From positions 20,699,691 through 20,763,690 of the forward strand of contig NC_068982.1 of the NCBI RefSeq assembly GCF_001194135.2: a DNA stretch of 64,000 nucleotides, written 5' to 3'. The notes under the pieces are model-generated. The model made no database searches and was not told the origin of the DNA. It saw nothing but the letters and a program-made list of their open reading frames with translations. The stretch comes from Octopus bimaculoides. Lineage: Eukaryota. The translations under genes and the position numbers were made by a program. Below are positions 1 through 13,050 of the stretch, piece by piece; within the stretch, counting starts at the first letter, position 1, and the number at the start of each line of letters is the position of its first letter.

Positions 1-797
1 TAGAGAAACTCATGATGACTGAATTAGGATGTTGAAAATTATACACTTTTCTGTACCCTAATGGTAATCCCCGCTCTGAAAACTGCAATGCTTGATGCAC
101 GTCATATGATCCGGAACTGATAAAAATCATTTTGCAAAACCAAGCCACTCAAGTAGAAATGGATGTATTCTTGATGATTAGATCAGTGCGCTTTCGTATC
201 ACATATAAAATAATTGACGAAGTGAGTAGTATCTTACTAGACAATCATTGGCGTGTAAAGCTCAATCGTTTGTGAATATCTTCAATACTCTTAGGACATA
301 TTTAACGATGTAATGAAATGGTACGCAAACATGAATTTTCTTTTTCACAAGTTACAGTGTTACATTTAAGCGTCCACACAAAAGGTAAATAAAGAGGACG
401 TAGAAAAAAATAGATGTTGAAATGAGATAAATGTCTTTTTTTAGCAAGGAACACAATTATTTCTCCATCAGTGACAGAAGAGCAAGCGATTATTGAATAT
501 TATTTTCACAATATTGTATTCAAATACCTGATAAAACCAACGATATTACTTTGAGGTAAAAAGGAAACCGAGTGTTATAAACAACAGCGATGTTTAAGAT
601 TAAACATTCTAATCAAAGAATTTTAATGTTAACCCCATATTGTGTACACAGTAATATTTGTTATTTGATACAACTACCCCTATGAACGCTGTACATGAAT
701 GGAATTTAAAATTTCCGTTTGTTTTATCAATAAATCTCTTCTTTCAAATAGTGCTATTCCCCAGAGAAAAATAAATACTTAGTTATGTGTTGATATT

Positions 798-854
798 TTA
801 CTGAACTTGCACACAAGCAAACATATATACATATATATAAATATGTATATACAT

Positions 855-887
<33 letters not shown>

Positions 888-1220
888 TACACACACACAC
901 ACANNNNNNNNNNNNNNNNNNNNNNNNNNNNNNNNNNNNNNNNNNNNNNNNNNNNNNNNNNNNNNNNNNNNNNNNNNNNATATATGCATATTTACATATA
1001 CGTATATAAGTGTGTTTGCGAGCAAGTTCAGTAAAATTTCAGCACATTACTAAATATACATGTGTATATATTTATATATATGTGTGTGTGTATATATTTA
1101 TATGTATATGTGGTATATATGTATGTATACATACACACACACACACATACACACACATATATATATATAGATATGTATATATATATACAACTATATATAT
1201 ATATATATATATATATAACC
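798..1220. repeat. (TA)n/(CA)n microsatellite array with assembly gap 904-979
   Basis: Dinucleotide runs read directly; the ORFs here are HT/YI/CV translations of the repeat. Confidence 0.95.
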
Positions 1221-1636
1221 TTGTGTAAGCGAGAAAGGTGTCTGCACATAAAAGAGAAAAATGAAACGGAATTAATCTCCACCATCAGGTGTCATGCAGA
1301 GATCACTTCTGCTTCGGCACCTTGTAACAGATAAAGCTTAACTAATACTAATTGCATTGCATAAATAAGTATCCAAAAACACACTTATGTACCACATACG
1401 ATATTTAATCATAAGGAACCTATACATCTGTGTATATATATATACTTATATGAGTGTAGGTGCGCGTGCGCGAGTCTTTGCGTGCACGAGCACGTGTCTT
1501 TGACGGTTAGACTGAATGCATTTATTGTTTTAAGTTAAAATAAAACAACCAAAAGTAACGGAAGGAAAATACTATATTCCTTGTCTGATAATGTTTACTT
1601 GTACTTTGTAGGACAATAGTAGTGTGTTACTGAAAG

Positions 1637-1810
1637 TTGTGGAACCCACTTTATGCTGATGTGAAAAGAGAAAAACGTCTTCAGACTCACATCGACATGA
1701 TTGCAGAAAATGGCCTGGAATGTATGCAGGACATCGAGGCAGTAATGATGGACCGAGAAGTGTGGCAAGTAGACATTGTTATTGCCGTCCGCGTTGGAAC
1801 CCGACTATGA
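1637..1810 (+). mobile_element. 5'-truncated LINE 3' end (RTE/RTE-X-like C-terminus)
   Basis: Manual translation LWNPLYADVKREKRLQTHIDMIAENGLECMQDIEAVMMDREVWQVDIVIAVRVGTRL* resembles the LWxP..RxRGRP..TYID.L..DTGL...M.DR..W end of APE-type LINE ORF2. Confidence 0.6.
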
Positions 1811-2671
1811 TAAAAACATAACTAGGACTCCCGTGTTCTTTATTAGAAATGAAACGTGAATATAATATATGAGAGTACAATGAAGTATTGTAGAATAAGA
1901 TATAAGGATTGGGAATGAATCAAAGTTGAGAGAAGTTGTGAGTTGTAATAAAAGTTTAATAAGAAAAATTCAAATGGTCAAACGTACTAGCATTAAAAAC
2001 GGAAGACATTATGCAGAAACTAAGGAAGTATTTTGGGAATAGTTCCACTCATCATCTCCCTAACTGGAATTGGTGTGTATGCGTGAGATAAGAATGTAGC
2101 ATGAGCACTTGTGGTATCAACTGACCTCAGAGAAGTGCTATGAAAACATAATTGTAATTAACCATACATGCTAACAAGTATACGTGTGTGTGTGTGTGTG
2201 GTGAGTGTGCGGTGTGTATGTAGTTTTACCTTTGCGATATATGATGTACGTAATTTACTCCCCATCTCCACAAAAAATTCCTTTCACTTATTCACTCCAC
2301 ATATTCTCTGTTATTTACTAACCATCCAATTACTTCTCTTGCCTTTCTGTCATAGCAAATTGCAACGCGAATATATGTTGATTATTATCAATATTGTTAC
2401 AGGCAATAGCAATGAATGTTTTCATTTAAATTATTTTAATCCCAATATATTTGTGTACGCTTTTGTCTATAATATCAATATTGGCTTTCATTAAACCGAT
2501 AATTATGTACATATGTCATTGTTATTTGCACCATTAAGGAAAATGTATTGTATCGACAGTGTTCCTTGTACATAAGGTGTAAATACGTAATAACGCCGCT
2601 GATAATAGCGATAGGGAAGAAAAATATTTTTATAGATCCAATGTAAACCGATGAAAATATTATATGCTTAC

Positions 2672-2786
2672 ATTCTACGTGAAAACAATGCATACCCTAT
2701 TGCTGTAGCTACTCCGTTATGGAAATAAAATATTTGTGTTCTTGAAAAAACAATTATGGATATATTTGTATCGTTAATGTGGAAAC
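2672..2786 (-). CDS. Candidate internal coding exon (115 nt), product unknown
   Basis: Minus-strand acceptor ctttttatcgtag and donor gtaagc; only one open frame (G)FHINDTNISIIVFSRTQIFYFHNGVATAIGYALFSRR; no homology recognised. Confidence 0.25.
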
Positions 2787-3582
2787 CTACGATAAAAAGT
2801 ATAACAGTTTTTTTTATATAGCATTTGTTTTTATCGTACATCGTTGTTTCCTTGGAGTTTTGAAAACTTCCTATTTTATCGTACCATCTCTTGGGAAATC
2901 TAATTACGTAAGAATATATCAAAGAAATAGCTTAAAGGTAAATTGAAGTTTCAGGTTGATAAAAATAAATACCAATATAAATGAGTGAACAGAAAAGATA
3001 ATGTAACAGTAATAATTACATGCGATACAGTTTCCAAACCCTTCATGTAATGTTCGTGTTATCTCTTCCTTTTTACCGACATATTGTCGCTGAAAATGTA
3101 AGGTTCATATGTATAGTTACCGTGTCAAATTATATAACCGATATAAAACTTATACACATGTATATACGTTTCAAATTTTAATGATGCACTAATTGGACAC
3201 CAGATGTAGGAACAATTAGTATCGCTAAAAGTATACTAAGTAAGATGTATGTGCGGGTGCATGCTTGTATATTAACAAAATCTCTTATCCAAATGTATAA
3301 CTGTATATGCTGAAAACACAGCGTAAGCTATTTCACATTTCTATTCGACAATGGTATATTTTGTCAGTTCTGAATCAATTTTGGCAGGCAATTTTGTCAT
3401 CGTATATGCTGTATATGACAAACAGATGTATGTAATTGTTCTTAAATGCTACTCTGAGTAGCATTGTTTGTTGCGATGTTTTGGCAGTTTTAACAATAAA
3501 GCATAGTACCCTTTCTCCAGTATTCCATTACTATTTCTCCCACCTTGTTTCAAATTTATGCGCTTACTCTGTCTTAGAGATC

Positions 3583-3583
3583 G

Positions 3584-3623
<40 letters not shown>

Positions 3624-3655
3624 GTCTGTATGTCTGTCTGTCTGTCTATCTATCC

Positions 3656-3709
<54 letters not shown>

Positions 3710-3844
3710 TTATATATCTATCTATCTATCTATCTATCTATATCTATATCTATCTATCTATTTATCTATCTATTTGTATAGATCTCTATTTGTTTTATCT
3801 ATAGTAACTGCACTGTCTATGAACGAATCTTATTNNNNNNNNNN

Positions 3845-3939
<95 letters not shown>

Positions 3940-3940
3940 C

Positions 3941-3982
<42 letters not shown>

Positions 3983-3993
3983 TTATATATCTA

Positions 3994-4024
<31 letters not shown>

Positions 4025-4115
4025 CTCTATCTATCTATCTATTTATCTATCTATTTGTATAGCTCTCTATTTGTTTTATCTATAGTAACTGCACTGTCTA
4101 TGAACGAATCTTATT
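3583..4115. repeat. (TCTA)n/(TCTG)n tetranucleotide array present twice around an 11-N gap
   Basis: The unique tail ...atagtaactgcactgtctatgaacgaatcttatt occurs at about 3771-3834 and again at about 4051-4115. Confidence 0.9.
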
Positions 4116-4884
4116 GTTTAGAAAAAACATCTTAACTCCTACGAGTGAGGCACTGCTTTCGTATTTTCCATCAGGTTAAATTTGTGTAGTGTTTACAACT
4201 ATAAGTACAAGTGATGTGTTTAATCATATATATTTAATATGAAGTAAGTGTTTCGATCAACACAGTTACCCCTGTCTACCTTTTAATGCTTATCCTTACA
4301 TTACCGTCTTGTCATATGTACCTTAAATATATTCTTAAGATTAGTTTTGCTAAAATTGTTCATAGACAATAAAGATGAAACAGGAAAAACATTTATTAAC
4401 ATACTTATGGTCGTCATAATAGCATTCTGAAATGCACTATTATCTATGTATTGCAAATATGAGCATATACGCGTAAAGCACATTATACTCATGTTTTATG
4501 TGTTAACGAGATTCACGTAACATCCTAATAGGTTGGAGAATGATTATACCTAGCATACAGAATTAGAAATATGTTACCTGAGACGGAATATGATGCAATG
4601 CAGCTGCTTTGCAAACATGTTACTATGTATCCATGTTAGGTTTTAGACACGAATAATATAACAGTGCATGCACAACATTTGTTCCTGGTTAATTAACGAA
4701 GTGCATAACAATCGACTTTATAAACGCCTATTGAGGAATATGTACACGTATTAGAGAGCGTTTATCATTCTGTTTGTACGTATATGTTCGCATATAAATG
4801 ACTTATTTATAGCGATGAAATGTTCATGCTGCACAAATTTAAACTAAAAGACACACAAACACATAGAATATAAATATATGTATA

Positions 4885-4998
4885 TCCTTTCCGTTCCGTC
4901 TTCTAAATCCACTCACAGTAATTTGCTCAACCCGAGTCTATAGTAAACTGAACCCTGAACCATGCGGTTGGGGAACAAACTTCTTACTACACGCCTGC
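4885..4998 (-). mobile_element. tRNA-derived SINE family A, 5' head fragment with internal deletion
   Basis: Reverse complement cgcaggcgtgtagtaagaagtttgttccccaaccgcatggttcagggttcagt...ctatagactcggg...tgtgagtggattt matches the other copies in the window. Confidence 0.8.
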
Positions 4999-6504
4999 GT
5001 TTATAATTAACAAATATATATATATATTTTGTTAAAATTATTTTAATATTCGTAACATCATGATTTTAGTATTTGACTAATTTATATGTAGCCTCTGTTG
5101 TTTCAGTCCCATACAAAATAATAAATAAACATTCGTATGTCAATTTATATTCAATTTATTATACTCATTGAGTTAACAAGAGTAAGCAAATTAATATGTA
5201 TAACTTTTTAAATCTTTACTTTAAATAATTGCATATTTCAGCGTATATTTCCCCTTGCAAATATATTTTACAATGGGATCACTATATCAAAACAATTTTA
5301 TATGCAGATATACCGAGTTCGTAACTTTGGTACTGAAGCCATTGTTTCGAAACATTTGATATCTTTAGAATTTCATAAGTGAAACTCCCCAAAAGCCCAA
5401 ACCGTAACCAGTATTAAATCGAATCCAGAGACATCATTCTTATTCAACGAGAATATTTTTATATGAATTGCAGAATGAGCGTCCACGTATATAAATTCCT
5501 TGCAATGTGATGAAGTTCCGATCATTTTCGCATTCAAATTGCCGTACAGAATATAAAATATTTAGCGTGATATATAAGTAAATAGTCGACAAACATCCCA
5601 TAATTCAGAAAATAATCTGATAAGAAATAGGAATGTATTGAAATGCTATTGCTTTAATACATTGAATCATCTCATATAATTATCCGTAAAAAAAACTCTC
5701 AACATAATTAGCCTTTCCCAAATATTCCAAAGATATACTAAATTCAGTTTTCGTTGGATGTGTAAAACAAAATTCAAAATCTCTTGGTAGAACGTAAGTT
5801 TATTGATTGCTCACAAAATAAACTTAATTGAAAATTACTAGTTGTTTATGTCGTATGCAAAAAATGATACAGTAACCGGCTGACTGGATGAAAAGTTAAA
5901 TGGAAGACATCCACTTGAAACGACCTATACATTTATTCGGTTTCTGAAAACAGACAGAAATGCCTTCTCCTCTAACAGATAGATTAATGTTTCAGATGAA
6001 AATTTTTCTTCGTGGAAGCTACTTTTGACTCTGTAATTGAGTTACCAACCACATAATAAACGTAGGCTAATATTCCGATTTATATATTCTTATACCGCAG
6101 TATCCGAAACTGTAAACTGCTAAGGATGTATGTGAACAGAGTTTAGAAAGGGATATTTTCTGTGAGCACAAGATGAAATCTAATATAAATTTATACCATA
6201 CTGATTGCGTTGCGCGTTCAGTAAAATAAATTATAAATAAATGTGTATACTAGAGTAAAATATTACTTATAAACCAATCTAGAAACCGAAGGTATGCGTG
6301 AAGCAAAAGTTGGAATTACGTATTGTTTGTACGTAGAGATATCTCTTCTGGAAACGAATGCATTGCGTTATAAATGTAAACTATATCACTTTACCTCCCT
6401 CATGAACGCACAAATAATCGATACACAATCTAATCCTTGCCAAAGCATTGAATATTCCTCGAGCTCATAGACGTCCATTGTGCGCATATTTCTGTGTGTG
6501 ACTT

Positions 6505-6632
6505 GCATTGAATAAGTACTCGGCTTACAAATAAAGAGTCCTGGGGTCGATTTGCTCGACTGAAGGCGGTGCTCCAGCAGGGCCGCGATCAAATGACTGA
6601 AAAAAAGTAAAACAGTAAAACAGTAAACAGTA
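6505..6632 (+). mobile_element. SINE family A, 3' tail
   Basis: gaataagtactcggcttacaaa...gtcctggggtcgatttgctcgactgaaggcggtgctccagcagggccgcgatcaaatgactgaaa plus an A-rich tail, as in the 25551 and 26378 copies. Confidence 0.9.
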
Positions 6633-6644
6633 ATATAACAGTAT

Positions 6645-6760
6645 TAATAAAATAGATGGAATGAGTAAAAGATTTTATTGGGTACAAAGCATGTTTCAAC
6701 TCGTTCTGGGTCTCTTCGGGTACATCAATAAAAAATCTCACTCGTGATTCCCTGAGTCGG
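6645..6760 (-). mobile_element. Penelope-like terminal (pLTR-type) fragment with degenerate hammerhead motif
   Basis: Reverse complement gatgtac-ccgaaga-gacccagaacgagtt-gaaa-catgctttgtacccaataaa is homologous to 9879-9986. Confidence 0.6.
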
Positions 6761-7462
6761 GTTACGTACCGCTATAAGCCCATCAAATTCGAGAGTGAGT
6801 AAAAACAGAGAAAAAAAGATTGAAACGCAGAATATTCAAACATGAACCTGAAAATTATGCAGTCTTGTAACTGTTAAGAGAGAGAAAAGGAAGTAGAAGT
6901 TGAAAAGAAGATAATAATTTGACGAAAATGTTTTCGTGTTCGTGCTTAGATGCACATATGCATTCGTTTATATATACGTATATATATATTTATATATATA
7001 TATATNNNNNNNNNNNNNNNNNNNNNNNNNNNNNNNNNNNNNNNNNNNNNNNNNNNNNNNNNNNNNNNNNNNNNNNNNNNNNNNNNNNNNNNNNNNNNNN
7101 NNNNNNNNNNNNNNNNNNNNNNNNNNNNNNNNNNNNNNNNNNNNNNNNNNNNNNNNNNNNNNNNNNNNNNNNNNNNNNNNNNNNNNNNNNNNNNNNNNNN
7201 NNNNNNNNNNNNNNNNNNNNNNNNNNNNNNNNNNNNNNNNNNNNNNNNNNNNNNNNNNNNNNNNNNNNNNNNNNNNNNNNNNNNNNNNNNNNNNNNNNNN
7301 NNNNNNNNNNNNNNNNNNNNNNNNNNNNNNNNNNNNNNNNNNNNNNNNNNNNNNNNNNNNNNNNNNNNNNNNNNNNNNNNNNNNNNNNNNNNNNNNNNNN
7401 NNNNNNNNNNNNNNNNNNNNNNNNNNNNNNNNNNNNNNNNNNNNNNNNNNNNNNNNNNNNNN

Positions 7463-7501
<39 letters not shown>

Positions 7502-8744
7502 ATCAGTTAACATGCAATCAGATTGAGACGAAAAATTGAGACGGAGACATAAGCAGCATTGTGAAAACTTTTTAAAGAAATATACGTGGACTAAAATTTT
7601 GAGATTGAAGTAGTTACATAAAGTATCAAATTTCTTCATTCCGTTGGTTTTTCATTAAAACTGAATCCGATATGTCTAAACGGACATCGTATATATATTA
7701 ATTGTGACAGTCGAACTTCATTAAATGTCATGTCTTCTGGTTTCTTAGGAATGGATTTATTGTGTCTTTAATACCTGCATCAATTTTCATTTCCTGTATC
7801 ATACAAAAATAAGCCTAAAATTTATTTGATATTGTCTGTGGTATGTAGTATTTAAAACTTGAAGTAATTTTTGATATATTATACCGTTTAATTTTATTCA
7901 GGTATAACATTGTTTCTGAAATTATCTTTCGTCTTTAAATAATGATTATAAACATCAATACTGAATACTAGTTGTTGATTTTTTCAACGTATTTATGTTT
8001 ATTTATATGAATTATGAGGTTTATATATGTGAATACTGAACGCAGACAATATATATTATAGTGTTTAAAACAGGATAATCTTGCTTGGCATTTTCCCAAC
8101 ATAAACTAAAAATGCAGTACAAATATAATATAATCCCCTTCATATGAATATGATATATCCATATAATTAAAGCCAAGGGAGAATTTAATTTCTTTGTTGT
8201 AGCAACAAATATAATGAGGTTTCTCATGAATGTATAATATATACAAATATATCTGTGTGGGTATGTGTGTGTACGTATGTGCGTGTTTGTATATGTTTGT
8301 GTATATGTGTATGTATGTGTATCTGTCTGCGTGCGCGTGGGTGTAAATATATATCGAACTCAAAAAAGGCGGAATACGAGTTACTGCAGGATCATACGAG
8401 TGGAACTACGTTGACATTATAGTAGACTACATGACGTGCAACATCTATTATACACAGCATAGGAAATGTAGATTCTCGCAATAAATCTAACCTGTAATGT
8501 AAGATTTCAACTTTCAAAAAAATTATATAAACTTACATATAAATGATTAAGACCTAGTCTATCTCGTCAGAAATATTTATTCAGATTCATATATTAAAGT
8601 TATGCCTGTTAGACTCATACGCTTATATCCAGTGAAAACCACTTTCGTTTAAATGTATATCAATATGCCGTTTCATTGCACTGGAAAAGGAAAGTAATCT
8701 ATGTGTATATACAAAAAATATATTTACACACATACAGATATATA

Positions 8745-9810
8745 CAGTGTACAATGAGTAAATTGTCGCCATTTTATATTTTTGATTTTGCGCATTGTCT
8801 CCTTTTGATTTTCACAACTACACAGTAAAGTATTAGAGTTAATTGGGCAACGTCTGCCAGAGAAAAAGCATCATGAGGCAATTCACTCTGCTAGATGTCT
8901 TGAAACAATATGCTGTACTGCTTGGTGTTCGTCGCGCCGAAACCTCCAATACGAACATTACAGCGTGGTTGAGTATTACTCTGAGCTCAGTGCAGAGGAT
9001 TCGGAAAGAGTTGGATGTGTCCAATGGTGATTACATAGTTACGGCACCTCGGAAAACTCACTCTGACCGTTCTGATAAAAACAGAACTCCTGAATTCGTT
9101 GGAGAGATCCAGGCCAAGATTGACAACGAAACCGCCAAGTCAATTCGGTCTAACGTCAGGGACATATGAGTCTGAGCGTCTTATCAGGCAGGCAGTGCAT
9201 AACATTCGGTATTCCGCACACAAGATGAAAAAGGGCCATTGTTTTTTCTCCAGCCATCAAGGAGAAGAAGAAAGACGCGCTAATAAGCTTTTAGATAAAC
9301 TCAGGCATCCCCTCCAATCGAACATGCTTTCGTTTTCTCAGACGAGAACTGTTTCTGCCACCATCAGATGACGAACACACAAAACAACCGTTGGCTTTCT
9401 GTATCCCCAACGCATGTACCGAGAGTGATAAAATTCAACTATCCAGTCAACATCATCGAGTTTTGAGTGATAACTCGTGATGACGAATTTATACCTATAT
9501 TCATCATCCCACATACCCTCACACTCAACACGGAGGTCTAAATCAACTACCTGGAGGAAGTAGTGCTGTCCTGGGTAAAGAGGATGGTTGCTGGCAGACC
9601 CCATATCTGGCAGAAGGACCCTGTACCATATCACACATGCAAGAGAACCATGTCATGGCTTTCAGACAATTTCTGCGACCACATCACCCTTACATCTAAC
9701 CACAAACTCCCCACACTGTAACCGCTTTGATTATTCTGTTTGGTAGCAGCTGAGGGAGAGATCAACAAAGCTCATTGTGACATTAAAGATGAACTGAAGG
9801 CAAGGGTTCA
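8745..9810 (+). mobile_element. Tc1/mariner DD37D (maT, Bmmar1-like) transposon remnant, 3' end missing
   Basis: Begins after TA with cagtgtacaatgag; ORFs 8843 and 9099 give HTH-like regions; later frames give degenerate SDEKN..., ...GRPHIWQKDPVPYH...SWLSDNFCDHIT motifs; frameshifts and stops present. Confidence 0.85.
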
Positions 9811-9824
9811 TATAATTAATAAAA

Positions 9825-9986
9825 TAGGAGATGGAATGTGTAATAGATTTTATTGGGTACATCACATGTTTCAAGGCGACTCAAGAAATCTCTGGTGAGA
9901 CTCTTTATTGATGTACCTGACGAATTCCAGAACGGGTCGAAACATGTGTTGTACCCAATAAAGTCTATTACACATTCCATCTACTA
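9825..9986. repeat. 50-bp inverted repeat enclosing a Penelope-type terminal segment
   Basis: Arm 9825-9874 matches the reverse complement of 9937-9986 with 4 mismatches in 50. Confidence 0.9.
9910..9956 (+). ncRNA. Minimal type I hammerhead ribozyme motif (stem II mutated)
   Basis: gtac-CTGACGA(9917-9923)-attccagaacgggtc-GAAA(9939-9942)-c-atgt-g-TT-gtac; stem I gtac/gtac; palindromic acatgt in stem III. Confidence 0.6.
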
Positions 9987-10312
9987 TTCCATTAATACAA
10001 TTACCCCAACCACCACTACGAAGTTCCTGCAGTAAATCTACGGTTCACAGTAGGTAATCGAAGCTGTGCCGGTGCTTTAGTCATCATGCATTTATATATT
10101 TTGTACAATTTCTCCATTATATATATGAATCAATGAAAGGAAGAGCAATATAAACTACCTAGCTAAAGGAATGTTACGTGACTTCTCTGTCAATCAATTT
10201 CAGATCAATTTCTTTTGGCAGCATAGGCACTTAAAATTTAGAATTTTGGTATTTCCCATCGCCTAATTTAACTAAAAAATGTACATTGAATTATCTAAAA
10301 TTGATATCAACT

Positions 10313-10432
10313 GTGAGTTATAGAATATCACAGAGTTATAGAATATCACAGATGTTCCAAGGAAACAGTAGATTAGTAAGCATTATTCTACGTGTAGTGA
10401 ACACTATCCTACGTGTAGTGAACATTACTCTT
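10313..10432. repeat. Two short tandem duplications (about 18-mer x2 and 21-mer x2)
   Basis: gagttatagaatatcaca twice; ctacgtgtagtgaaca twice. Confidence 0.85.
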
Positions 10433-11700
10433 AAAATCACAGAAATAATTACTTTCAAAACCTATATTCATATGAATTTAAGCAGCTATTTCTGAGTTTT
10501 CAGTAGTTCTAAATAATATATATGAGACGTTTATTCTAATATTATGAAGGCTAATACGCTAAATTGAGGAGACAAATATAGGCGGCAAATTATAGAAATC
10601 ATAGCACAATCGTTCACCGAAAAGACACTTATCTATCTTTAACTAACCTTAAGATAGGCGTTATGAAATGATAGAAAAGCTCATGCAAGAATTCCGCTTG
10701 ACAGACTAGTGAAAAGCAATCACATGTAGCTATAACTATATTATCAGGGTTACTACATTATCTGTTTTTCTGGAAATCACTAGTAAAAGTCTGAAACATC
10801 CTGTAGATTTTGTATATATTTCATGTACATCTAGCAGACAAATTGGCAAAGGAGGGGAAAATGTATTTAAATATTTTGGTAAAAGTACATGAAAATTAGA
10901 ACAATTTATTGTTAAATAATATGTACAATTTTCTGAGGTATGCAAAACAATTTATTGGACAAATTGTACGAAGAATCGCTTAATCATTAGGTTAAAATTG
11001 TGTGATTCCTTTCATTCCGGAAAACTGTCTCGATTCAGTACAATAGTACAATTCATGAACAATATAGAGACGCCATTACACGTACAATTTGTTGTGACGA
11101 ACGGCTATTCACAAATTAAGGCAACAAGAATATTAACAAATTTGTGAACGTCTCTTGAAGAATTTCAGCTGTTAACTTCATTTCTTAATAGCTTAAGATG
11201 AAAAAAGAAATCTCTTTCAAGTATTTTATTGGCAATATCCAATAGTAAAAAAGGGATAACAATGACTGAATACGTTGGCAACAATGCAAATGTCTTCAAA
11301 TAAGCCTAAATGATGTTGGTTTAAGCTTAGATATGTGAGCGTACATATAAACTCGCATATATACACACACATGCATATACACACACAGATACATATATAG
11401 AAGCGCATTTACAAATATTTATAATTGCATGTCTATATCATTCCATACACATATAGATTCACACACGTATATTCTTTATGTATGTACAACTGTGTACATG
11501 TACTTTGGTGCAAATAGCTTAGATTGAAATTCGCAAAGACTATACAAAACAAGTATTGGTATATGCAAGAGACAAAGTTCTTAGTTGAGAAAGTAGTGTA
11601 TATATGTGTATATATATATATATATGTTCTCTCCTGTTTTAATTATTTATATCCTTCCCCTGAATCAGATACGAATTTTAAATGTAGATAACAAACAATC

Positions 11701-13050
11701 TCACATTTTAAACTTGAGAAAAGTCGTGCATTTCTTTTACCTTTCCACTTACAGATTTTATTCGTAATGTGTGAGTAAGCTGGTTGATTTTTCTTTATGA
11801 AACCCTATTTAATCCAGACTGTCACAAAGCCATACACTCACAAAATCAAGTGCACCTGTTTTTATTAGTATAAATGTAAATTTGAAGTTCGAATATAGAA
11901 GGTAGATGTTTCGAAACAGTTGTTCATATTTATCCTCTTCCTCTTGATTTTCAAAGAGATATTGACATCTATGTCTTAGTTGACTTCTATTACCGTTGGC
12001 AGATTTTTTTCCCGTCGCAAACAATAATATCAGGTCTGCTGTGGTTATATGTTTTGATAGTAATTTTCCAACTTATTCCTTGTGTTTATGTTTGTATATG
12101 TATTCAGTAACAAGGGCGTCTTCTATATTTATTTCAGGACAATTTTGTTTCCGATGGCATTGTATATTGTTTTTGCGACAAAGTTGAATTGCATAGGGAG
12201 GTATCACCTTGATGATAATTTTGGGCAGCTGGCAATCACATGTAATGTCTTTCTCAGATATATGACACAATACACATTTTCAGTGGCATCTTTGAGTTCC
12301 AAGGGCTTCATCATTTCTTTAGCGTATTGGGTAATTCGTAGCAATCTGTTTTTCTTGTATTGCCTATGCATAGCCTTCGAAATCTGGTGTGATGCTGCGG
12401 TCACGACTCCAATAGACGATTTGCTTCGTTTAGATAATACTGTCGTCTTCAATTCTACGGGAAGGGTAACCATGTAGAGTCTTTTCGTGATATGCTGAGC
12501 GCTTTGAGGTATGACGATCCGGCTGATTTGGAGTGGTATGTGAGGTCGTCAGGAATATAATACATCTTGAGGAGCTCTCTACCGGCGCGTAGGATATTGT
12601 TCTCTTCACGTGTCATCACGGAGATGGTATATTTATATTTGCCGCTGTTGTTTAGCAAGTGATGTCTGTGAAAGACATGACATTCCACGTTTTTAGTCGT
12701 TACCCTCAAGACTGTGCCGCCTTTATCTCTTCTTACATAGAGACTGACGATATCATTGTTTTCGTGGAGATGTCCAGTTGATGTCAGTATCTTGTGGATT
12801 CTAACGCGTGTAGTGTGGATTTCTTCTACAGACCAGTGAAGTATCACAAATGCTGGAATCAGCACTGGTACTGCAAGTACATTGTGGGATATTGTCTTGT
12901 AAGAGGAGAGTTACTCCTTCACATTTTTCTAAGCTTGGTATAATATTGCCGGAACACTCTCCCTTTATTCACAGTACTTTCGTCTGATATATTTTCATCA
13001 ATGCCTTGGAACGTGTAGCATTCTTTGTGTGGCACACAAAGCAGATCTTG
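11701..13050 (-). mobile_element. RLE-type non-LTR retrotransposon remnant (R2 group, R4/Dong/NeSL-like): RT thumb, zinc knuckle, restriction-like endonuclease
   Basis: SHNVLAVPVLIPAF.ILHW; LYVRRDKGG (cf. LYxPRxxGGRGL); TLHVIASCPKLSSR; a QTDIIV-like PD motif; EDKYEQLFRN...GAL; ends ...CTTFLKFKM*; multiple frameshifts. Confidence 0.88.

Noticed and set aside
10020-10070. Possible second hammerhead near the 9.9 kb element
   Set aside because: Only a short tctac/gtagg stem; both core motifs are broken
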